Positions 1 through 10,300 of a DNA stretch of 45,789 nucleotides are shown here, one piece after another; position 1 is the first letter of the stretch; every line of letters starts with the position of its first letter. Under the pieces are notes generated by a model that did not search any database, had not been told where the DNA came from, and saw only the letters and a program-made list of their open reading frames with translations. The stretch is from a virus (Duplodnaviria > Caudoviricetes). The stretch is taken from positions 1 to 45,789 of IMG/VR virus record IMGVR_UViG_3300018080_000041. One strand, written 5' to 3'. Both the position numbers and the translations under genes were made by a program.

Positions 1-123
1 GTCACTATAGGGTCACGCCATGAGGCGGGTTCGGGGCCCATTTCAACGCCGGGACCGAGACGGCTGGTGGCTAGAATGGTCCGACTGGATCGGCCCCCGG
101 CGAATCCAACGTCGCCGCAAGTA
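1..123 (+). repeat. Terminal direct repeat, copy 1 (circular assembly overlap)
   Basis: Identical to 45667-45789. Confidence 0.97.
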
Positions 124-1072
124 CCCGACACACACCGACGCCGAGGCCGCCCGCATACACATAGAGCACGCAATCAATGCCGACAGGCACATGGCGACCC
201 CGATCCCCTGGCTCCAGGCCAAGGAGGCCTACCTATACCATCTGGAGGCACGCAGGCTGGCCGCCAGCAGCCAAGCCGAGGCCGCCCGGACCCTGGGGCG
301 GTATGAGGCCTGCTGCTTCCCACAGGCCACACAGAGCCTCACACAGCAAACAATTGATTACTACCTCCAACAGCGGTCCACAGAGGTCGACAGCCCCTGG
401 ACTGTTCAAAAGGACCTTGAACGCATAAAGGCCTTCGTGCGGTGGATGGCCGCTCGTGGCTGGCACGATGGCCGGGTGGCCTGGCCCCAGATCCAGCGGC
501 CCAAGCCGACCAGGCACGCCCTGACCAACGACCAGGTCCGTGCCCTGGTGGCGGCCTGTCCAACAGAGGCCTGGCGGATACGACTGCTAATCAGCCTGAC
601 TACCGGCCTGCGGCGGAACGATGTCGAGGCCTTACGCGTCGAAGATATTGACTGGAGGATCGGGGCGATTCACACGCGATCCGGCAAGACGGGCAAAACC
701 ATGTCCAACCGGCCCCTGCCGGATTCACTCATGCCCCGCCTCCAGGCCTACATCGGTTCTCGCACCGAGGGCCCCCTGTTTGGGGACGTCGGCGTCCGCA
801 CGCAATGGGACACCATCCGGCAACGGGCGGGCGTGGACGCCACCCGGCAACAGCTCCGCGTCACCTTCAACACGCTCGTCAAGAAGATCCAGTCCGGAAC
901 TTCGGCCCAACGGCTCCTGGAGCACTCCTCCAGGCTTGTGAACGCCGACTGGTATACCGACCAAGAGTTGCTCGATAAGGTTACGGTCAACCGCCTCCCT
1001 TTGGACGAGTGGCTCCCGCAAGAACCACCCGCCCTGCAAAAGGAGGAACGACTACCGGGGGACCCTTTGTAG
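20..1072 (+). CDS. int: Tyrosine recombinase / phage integrase
   Basis: TGLRRNDV (catalytic R), SGKTGK (K), QQLR (HxxR position with H replaced by Q), LLEHSS..WY (H and Y); N-terminal arm-binding-like beta segment; next to attP. Confidence 0.92.
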   Translation: MRRVRGPFQRRDRDGWWLEWSDWIGPRRIQRRRKYPTHTDAEAARIHIEHAINADRHMATPIPWLQAKEAYLYHLEARRLAASSQAEAARTLGRYEACCFPQATQSLTQQTIDYYLQQRSTEVDSPWTVQKDLERIKAFVRWMAARGWHDGRVAWPQIQRPKPTRHALTNDQVRALVAACPTEAWRIRLLISLTTGLRRNDVEALRVEDIDWRIGAIHTRSGKTGKTMSNRPLPDSLMPRLQAYIGSRTEGPLFGDVGVRTQWDTIRQRAGVDATRQQLRVTFNTLVKKIQSGTSAQRLLEHSSRLVNADWYTDQELLDKVTVNRLPLDEWLPQEPPALQKEERLPGDPL

Positions 1073-1327
1073 AAGGGCCTTGATATCGGCATGCATTTCA
1101 GAGATTTGGGCCTCCATGTGTTTGAAGTCGGCCGCACACGCAGCCCCGCGGATCTCTAGCTGTTGGATTGCCATCGCATTCCGCTGGATCGCCAACGTGT
1201 TCTGCTGAATCGCCTGGGTGTTGGTCTGCACGACCGCGTACACCCGACCTATCGTGACCAGCAACCCACCCACAACTACGGCAGTGCCGATCCAGGTCGC
1301 AATGTTCAGTTTTCTTTGGGGGGCCAT
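1052..1327 (-). CDS. Small membrane protein with coiled coil, holin-like candidate
   Basis: One N-terminal hydrophobic helix, then heptads NTQAIQQ/NTLAIQR/NAMAIQQ; last gene of the late operon; GGAG RBS. Confidence 0.55.
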   Translation of the reverse strand: MAPQRKLNIATWIGTAVVVGGLLVTIGRVYAVVQTNTQAIQQNTLAIQRNAMAIQQLEIRGAACAADFKHMEAQISEMHADIKALLQRVPR

Positions 1328-1329
1328 AG

Positions 1330-4300
1330 CTACTCCTTTTCCCTGATGCCGCCAATAATCTCAAATGGATCACCCTCTGCCAAGGCTTTCCAGAATCGCT
1401 TCGTGCCAATGTACGGCGTACCCGTCAGGATCGCCCCGGTCTCCATGCCACTCCGGGCCGCCCGGTCCCAATCTCCCTGGAGCATAGCAGCAATCGCCTC
1501 GGCAGGCGACGCAAACACGGGATTCTCACGATCCCACCCCTGTCGTTTTGCCAGGATCGCCGAGCCGACCAGGGGAATCGACGCAAGAAATTGGGCCAGA
1601 CCGACATCAACCAAGTCCTCGCCATCCTCCGGTAACCGGCGATTACTCGCCATCCAGATCACGGCTGCACTCAGGACCAGCCCGGCAAACGAGGCAACGG
1701 CCTGGCGAGGGTCGCTTTGCACCTGCTTGGGCAAATCGTATGTAATCATATTCCATATCTGGTTCGGCTGATTGGTAAACATCAATGCCCAATTCAACGC
1801 TTCGCCCTGGACATACAGCTCGGGCAGATCTTTGGGTGATGCCGCCGGTTGCGTCCGCAGGGTCGCGTTGCGGGCCAGGCGGATCGCCTCGGCTTCGCTG
1901 GCCCCCTCGGCAATTGCTTTTTGGTAGACGGCATTCCATCCGATGGTTCGGGCAATTGAGTCGAAGAAGCGAATTGGACTCATGGCCAGCTTGCGGAGCT
2001 TGCCCGTATCCCTGCCCGTCTTCTGGGTCATAGCCACGATCTCATCGATTTCACGCTCAACAGCCATATGCTTGAGCTGCGGATCTTTCTCACGAGCCAT
2101 CTCGATCATCTTTTTGGGATTCGTAGCGAAATCGAGAGCGGACGACAGAAGATGTTGGGGCCCAACCGCCTCCAGGTACAGGGCGACAGAGGGCAACTGC
2201 TTCATCATGGTTATTACATTCAGTGCAAGATACGCCGTCGCCACATTGCGGCGGAGGGCTCGGCTCGTGGTCTCTAACGGACCAAAGTTCCGGTAGATCT
2301 GCGGGTTCGCCACACGATTAACGTACGACTGGACGCTCTTGTAGATCGGCTTGCCGTGTACCTGCTCAACTGCCTTGCGAACCGTTTTATTGTTGACGGC
2401 CCGCTGCAGTCGAGCCACCAACTCCGCAAACGCAATGAAGTGCTCCTGTATTGCCGTCTGCTGCCGGAACAACTTGACCACATCCAGATCGATGGCCCCC
2501 TGGTGCTCGGGCGGGATCTTGACACGAGCATGCGAAAAGCCGCGTTCAGCGTATCCCTTCTTCAACGCCTGACGGTGCATGACCTCCCGGACAATCTGCT
2601 GTTCGGGTGGTGTGAAGTCCGCTTCGACCCGGCGGATCGGAGAGTACCGCTCTTCATGCGGCGGCGTGTCGTTCAACAGGCTGACCATGGCCTCGCGGAG
2701 CTGCGGCCAACGTGCCTCGTAGTTTTCAATGATCCAGTCGCCCAAGGCCTTCTCGCGAGAACTTAGTCGCGAAATGACCGTCTCAATACCCTCTTCGAGC
2801 TGGTTGCCGTACATGATCGCTTCGCGGCCCCGCGGGTTCTGGCTAAGTACATACACGCCGATCATCCGCTGCAGGGTCCACTTGCCTTGCTCGGCAGGCA
2901 CGCCTGGTACGTCTCGCTCCTGCACGAGCATCTCATTGGTAATCCCAAGGTGCTGCATCACCATCTCAAGACCGGCCAGACGTTCATCCACCTGGCGGAG
3001 CTTAGCGTCCTCGGCGTCGTTGACTTCATCGATAAACATTCGGTGCCAGGGGCCATCGAATCGCCCATTGCCTCCGTCCAGTAGATCAAACAACCGGTTG
3101 GGCCGCAGGGTCATCGCTCGTTCCAGGCTCAGTTTCTCGGCCACCTTTTGCTTAGTAGTCTCGGCGTCCGGTCCAACCTTGGCCCCCTCCACCGTTTTGA
3201 GCTCCTCGCCGCGGAGGGCTGCCTCGACCAGGTCGGCACGTTCGGCTGATTCTGTCTTTATGCGGCGGCCCTCCTTCAGCCCCCGCTTTGTTTGGCCCAG
3301 CTTAATGAGTCGCTCAACCTCATCGGCAATCTGCTCGACCTCTTCGATCTCGTAGTCGTTGAGCGGCTTCTTGCTGAGCTTCCGCAGGAGCTTTTGCGGC
3401 ACGGTATCCTTTCGGTCAGGATGACGGTCCAGGAAGTCAAGGGTCCGCATCCGTTTAGCGAGTGTCTTCTTGGATCGCATCTTCAGGTCAATCCCGGCCC
3501 TGAGATTCTCAATCGCTTCGGCGTAGTAGAAATCGACGTTCTTCGGGATCTTCCTGCTCGCCCGGCGGATAGCTCGATTGAGACGTTGTCTGTACTTCTT
3601 GATCTCTCGCTGCCTGGCCTGCAGTTCTTTGTGGTGAGCCTTCGTTTCTTCGACGCCCTGCTTCTTTCCCTCTCGGTACGCCTGCTTACTCGCCTGCTGT
3701 GCCTTCTTCATGGACGCCTTCAGGGCCGCCTCCTCGGTCATGAGCTGACTAATAGTCGTCTGGCCGGTTACACGTCGCACCCGCTTCTTTGTGCTCATGT
3801 CTTTCAGGGGCTCCAGGTATTGGGCCTGCAGGCGACGGAGCTGCTTGCTGACAATGGCGAGCTGGCGACCATACTCGGCAACCTGGGCGGCCAGGTTCTC
3901 GTTGCCCTCCTCACTGGTCTTGCGAGTCTCATACCACTCGTCGGCGATGCGACCATCAATATACTTGACCAGGGCAGGCGGAGCCTTCTTGATATCGCCG
4001 CCACGACCCACCCAATCTTCGAGCATGCGGCCTGCTGCATCCCAATTGATCTGGGTAACATCGACTGCTTGCTGGTTGTTGGGCTTGGCCACATCATTAA
4101 CCAACTTCATGTAGTTGGGATGATCGACGAACCGCTCGAACCGTGGCGTGACATTCAAACGCTCACACAAGGCCAGGTATTTCGCCTTGGAGCTATCATG
4201 GTGCTCTCGTGTAATCGTAAAGGCATACCGTTGCGGCTTGAATGTCTCTGGGTCGCGTTTCTCCACCAGGACTTTGTTTCGTACCCAAAACCGCCGCCGA

Positions 4301-7300
4301 AGCTCCTCCAACGATTCGCCGAGGTACTCCGCCACCGCATCGGGATCGACAGTGGTCCAATCCTCTTCGTTCTGTCCCTCGTAATTCTGGGCATTCTGTT
4401 TGTCGTAGACGCTTTGTGGCACCCGGCCCGCATGGAATGGGATAATCATATCGACACGCTCATCGTCGAGCCCGGCCTGGACCTCGTCATCGTTCATTGC
4501 AACCAGCATCGTCCCGACATCACGTTCATGCTTCCGGCGGTCGGCCATGGCCTGCTGGGTCGGATACCCATTCATGTCGTTGAACACAGGATCGCCGTTT
4601 TCGTCTCGCATGATGCTGCCATCAGGGTTCCGGGCATACTCCATACTCAGATTGAACTTGAGTCCGGTCGCACCAAAGATCTCCACGAACTGCGGAATAC
4701 GAGTGAACACGTGAGCTGTGCCGCCCTTGGTTCCCAGGTGGGCCAGCATTTGGGCCGTGTCGATCACGTACCACGGACGAAAATCTGACTGGCTGTTCAT
4801 GCGGAGCCCGCCCGCCAAATTGAATCGGTCAACCCACTCCTGGCTCATAGTCAGGATCTGTTGCCGGTAGGCCGCCCAGCCCTTGGCCCGGTTGGGCTTG
4901 GTGGCCCCCTGGACCACGGATCGGAACACCTCGGCCAGGGCCGCCTCTGTCTCACTCTCGGGTTCTGCGTCACCTACCCAGATGTCTCGCATGCGAACTG
5001 CGTCAACAGACGGAACTTGCTCATGGTATTGCTGGACGGCCTTGGCCAATCTGCCTGTGTGGCTCCAGGTGCCAAAGGCATCCTTCAATTCCTCTTCTGT
5101 GGGCGTGCGGCCCTCACGATACACCACAGCAACTTGATTGTAGATGTCGGCAGCACGACTGAAAGCACGACCGGCCGCGTCACGACCCGCCTGACCATAA
5201 CAGTACCAGCAAGCCGGAGTGTAACCAGCGTCGTTCATCATCATCCCGATCAAGAACCGCTCTTCCTGGTTCAGAATGCGGTCATACCGCCGCTCCAGTT
5301 CCCGAATGACGGCCACGTACATGTCCTGCTGGGGACAGACTGTGGTCAGGTCGAAGGTTCGGACATAGGTGGGGTCGGCGTTATCGCGGATAGGACTTGC
5401 TGTAGAGTCCTCCTCGTCCAGCAGACGGAAATCACCAAAGATCTTCGCGGTCATCTTAATACCACGAAGGAAGTCGTCGATCTGTTCCTGTCCGTAGTGG
5501 GCCTGGACAACCTCATTCTTGCGGAAGCGGTCACTCCATTCGGCCCAATTGCGAGTCTCGTACAACGACCGGGCCGCACTGATAGACCCATCAGCTTCAG
5601 CGGGAATGCTGTCTTGACGCAGGAGGCGTTTGCGTTGATAATCAAGTACGGCTGTCGAAATCGCAGACGGTCTCGCCGGAGCGGGAATGTCTGGGCCCTG
5701 CGACAGCCGTGATTGCAATATACGCCGGGCCTGCTCGGGTGTCAAGGGAATTTTTTGATCCTTCTTCTTTGTCTCAAACAGGGGTTGTGATTCCTTGAAA
5801 TCCTGAACCATCTTGTCGGAGAAGGTCAGCCTGTGAACGACGTCGAAGATGGGGCGGGAAATGTCCATGCCCAACTGGCGAATTCGCTCGCCGGGCCGCA
5901 TCTCAAAGTTACCGTCTGCCCCACGACGCATGGTCTCAACGACCTGGCCGGTATCCGAAAGAATGTTGACAACGCCCTCCTCTTGATCGCCCTCCCCCAG
6001 GACCTCGTACTGATACCGCGTCCGCGTGTCCACCTGAACGTAGCCCTCTTCCACGCTAGCCCCATGCTTCTTGGCCAGCTTATTGGCAATCTTGGTCAGG
6101 GCCGCGTCGTAGAAGAACCGCATGCCCTGGCCGCCCACTTGAAACACCTCGCCCTCATCCGCCTCCAGCCGATGAGCCCCGTGCTCCAATAAAGGCTGGG
6201 CCAGCAAGTCGGCCGCCAGACCCTTGCCCAAGTAGGCCTTCAATGCCTTCTTGCTGACGTTGGTCGCCAGCGTCTCGGGGACGTCGCGATGCCGCCGCGT
6301 CACAACCAGCTCCTTCTCCTCCGGGAACCACTCAACGACGGTTGCGTCCTTGGTGCCGTGTCCGCTCCACCGTTCGATCTGCTGGTCTCCCGTCGTCCAG
6401 GCAATGGCCTTGTATCCGTTGTCGGCCGCCCAACGGAACATGCGGCGGAGCACCATCTCCGGCCAGGTCTGTTTGAAGGGGGCATCGGGCACTTCGCCGA
6501 GCGATTCCCGCGAATTAACTTGGCGTCCAAGGTCTAAGACCCGCAGGTACATCCAGCGGGCCTGCGTGGCCAAATCATCCCATCGCTTGGCCTGGGTGCG
6601 AGCGGCCTCGGCATCTTCGTTAAGGGCTGGATTGTTTTGTGCGTCCAACCGGCGGGCCTCCGCCCGGGCGTCCCCCGCCAGCCGAAATAGATGCTCGTGG
6701 GCCTGACGAATCGTAAAGCCGGGCTGTAAGCCCGCCTCCTTGCTAATGGCCGCGATCCAGGGAGCTACTGTCTCGTTCATGAATGTGTGCAATTGTTCCT
6801 TTAGCCCCTGGACCTCCTTCTCCGACAGGCGTTGCTTGTATCCCGCGTCCCGCCCCTGTTGGTGCCAGTCACTCTGGATCTCTTCCAAGAACAGCACGTC
6901 ATCGCCATGCTCGTCCACGCGATCATCGAACCGCACGTGGGCAATCACATTTTCAATCGGACCCCAGTGCTCTTCGATGCTGAAGGGCTCTTCTGGTTCA
7001 GGCCACCGCAGCAGCAGCTCGCGATAGTTCCTGTAGAACTGATCCGACAGGATGTAATCTTCCCACTGCAGGCCATGGCCCTCGGGGTGGACCTCGGCCC
7101 ATAACGCACTGGCCTGACCCTGGGCATCTTCCAGGTGCTCATGGTAACTCGTGGTGCCATTGTCACTATCATACAAGACCCACCCAGTGTCGCGTGAGCC
7201 TTCAATCTCGAAGCGGCCAGAGCTATCAACGTACCGCCACTCCGGATTGGTCATCTCGGCCTCGTAAGCCTTCTCGCGATACTCCTCCCATTTCGTATCG

Positions 7301-10300
7301 TGGATCGTGTCGCGAATCGCCTGCTCGTCCCACTCAACCTTTATGTTAGGCGGCAAAAAGTCATCCGGAAACAGTGACTCGGTTTCGATGTCGAGCCGGT
7401 CCCCAATATCCCACTCGATGGCATACTCGTTCATGAGTGTATCATCGCCAGCCCTGAGCTCTGCCAGGGCCTGCTCCTTATGCTCTTCAACAATGACCGG
7501 CAGATCCCTTTCCAGGCCCTCGTCTGCCTGCTCAGCAATATAAAGGTCATCTGGCTCGATGGACTCCCCGTCATCCCAAGAGAGAGAGTCTTCGGCCTCC
7601 TTGTCGAGCAAAACCTCCTCGACAATGATTCTGTGCTGAGCGATCACGCCGAGGATCTGGTCCTTCGTGATCTTCTGGCCCTTCTCGGCAGTCTCGATCA
7701 CATCATCCAGGCCCGACCAGAACATCTCTTCGGCCTTGATCCCCTGCTTCTTGATCCAGTTAGCGAACTGCTGGACGTCCATGCTGGCCTGCATCTTCTC
7801 ATTGATGACACGTTCCAGCTTGGAGTGCCACAAGGGCCGGGTTTCGTACGACACCCGCATCTGACGACGGCGTGCCTGGGCATCTGCTAGCTCCTGGGCC
7901 TTGCCGACAACCGGCTTGGCCTGCGAGAGGATCTGGTCGTACACCTCACCGGCCCACCGGTCTGCCATGCCCGGATCGACGTGCTGCATGATATTACTTT
8001 TGACAGCGGCCAACCGGGCCAGCTCTCGACGAGCTGCATGCACCCATGGGTCGTCCGTTTGCTCCAGGGCCTCACGAATCGAGATCCCCTTCTCTTCGGC
8101 TTCCTGTTTCACGGCCCGCTGGATTGTCGCAGCCTTGAACAACTCACTGCGTACCGCCGCCTTATAGTCCTGCTCTCGCGTCTCAAACACCTCGCGATTG
8201 ATTGTCGGGTGCTCACGCCGGTGCGTGATCTCGGCCCCGACCTCCGCCTTGGCCAGTGCGGCCTCGGCGAGTTTGTGGGGCACCTTGCCCTGCCGCAGCT
8301 TCGCGGCCATGTCATCCAGGCCGACCACCTCGGCACGCTTGGCCAGGGCCTCTTGCCGGTCCAGCTCGGCCAGGTCCGCTTCGAGCTGAGCCTCCTTGCC
8401 TTCAGCCGCCGCCTCCAGCTCGGCCATCGTGTCGGTGATCCTGGCCGCCTCTTCTCCGCTGAAGCCGTGCCGCCGGATCTCATTCTGTACGCCACCTGGA
8501 TCTTGACTCAGATCGATCTTCCGTCCGCGGTACTGACCCCGCATGATATCCTGGAACACATGTTCGGCTGTCCGGTAGCCCGACCGGTGCAGGGCGGAAC
8601 GGATCGACCGCAGCTTCTCCAGGACATAGTGCCAAACCCGCTGGAGCCGTGTCTGCGGGGCAGATCCGGAGTGCTTGTCAATATACTCTCCGCATGCTGC
8701 CGCAGCCGCCTCGCGGTCGTAAGAACCATCCTCTTTCGGGAAGGCCTGCCGCAGGATCTCCACATCCTCCGAGGGAAGGATCATGTCGAACACGTGCATT
8801 AGCTCGTGGCCGCCGGTAACCCTGTCGCCGCCCAGGGCGACACGGACCAGTGCCATGCCGTCCTCGGTGATTTGTGTGGAGCCACTACGAAATGTGCCAG
8901 GTTCGGCCCCCTCGATCACATCAACAGCCTCGACCTTCCACCCGGTGACACCGTTCTTCGTCATGACATCTTCAACAACGGCGATACCCTCGGCTTGCTT
9001 GCCTTCTGCCGCTAAGACTTCGATGCGGCCAGCCAGCATGCCCTGCTCTTCGGGCTCCAGGTCCGGCCAGTTCAAGATTGCCTGCCGCTCGTGCTCCTGG
9101 AGCTGGTCCCAGGCGTACTCCGCCTTTTCACTGAGCACTACGGGCCGCTGGCCCTTCTGGAGGGCCGCTGCAGCTCCTCGTGCCTGCGGCTTCGTCCAGC
9201 CGGAGGCCTTCTGTATGCTCGCAATATGCCTCGACTCAGACGATATCTCGATCATCTTGCCGCCCAAGACCAGGCCGGGCAGGGCCCAGGCCGCATCTTG
9301 CAGGCCCTTGAGCTGGCCCGCGACAACCTCGTTCCAGTCAATCTCGGGATGATGCTTCGAAACAGCCTGGGCGATAGCCGTTCCAGCCACCTGAACGAGG
9401 GCTTCGCCGCCCTCCTCCAGCCACTCAACACCCATTGTAGCACCGGTCTGCACACCTTTCTTGGCCCAATAGCGAGCCATACCAACGCGAGCTGCCTTGA
9501 CCGCCTCTTGCTTGGCCTTCGGCGAGAGGTTCACAAGCTGCTTCGCCTGAATGGCGTTAATCAGGGCAATGGGGATCGCGACACCGGTTGCAGTCATCGC
9601 CGAGACATCGTCGTCGAACCCTAAGTCCTGAAGGTCGTCATACACACTCGGCATCACACGGGCGTACCAGTAGGCTGCCGCCGCCTCGGGGTGACCTCCC
9701 ATGGCCATGGGAACAGAGGCCGCCGCGTCAGGCAGAATGCCCAGAGACATCAGGGTTGCTTTCGAGAAGACGTTCTCCCCCTCGATGGGATCGGCAGACT
9801 CAGCGGCGTTGACCATCCGCTCCTTAACACTGTCCTTACGGCGTTTCAGCTCACCCCACCGGTCATAGATCTCCATGAGATGATCTGGCTTCAGGCCTGT
9901 CTCCGCCTCATACTCATCGATAGCAAGGGCCAGGTCGGTCGCCTTCTTCATCTGATTGGACATCAGGCCCGTACGCAGCAGGTTACGTCCTGTCCGGTTC
10001 TCCGCCCGACGCATCTGGTCGAGAGCCTTCTTGTAGAACCCACGGTTTTCCGGCGTGACCTGCATAGAGATGTACGCCAGCAGCTCATCGACTCGATCAT
10101 CTGGAATGTTGTCGGTGATTGCCTGCCAGTCCAGCTCCTCGCCTGCAACGAACTTGCCCGCGATCCTGTACACCGCAGGGTCGATCCCGGCAAATTGCAT
10201 ATACTGATCGGAGTACCACCGGCGGATCAGGCGGGTCAAGGGGCGAATGTCCTTTGGGTCCTTGTCGCCGAAGAATGTATGTACCAGTCCGTCGTACAGG

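Noticed and set aside
1-12. TCACTATAGGG resembles the T7 promoter core or vector sequence
   Set aside because: The upstream TAATACGAC specificity region is absent (CATTTCGGG instead), no phage RNA polymerase is encoded, and the match is explained by the GGGTCAC arm repeats.
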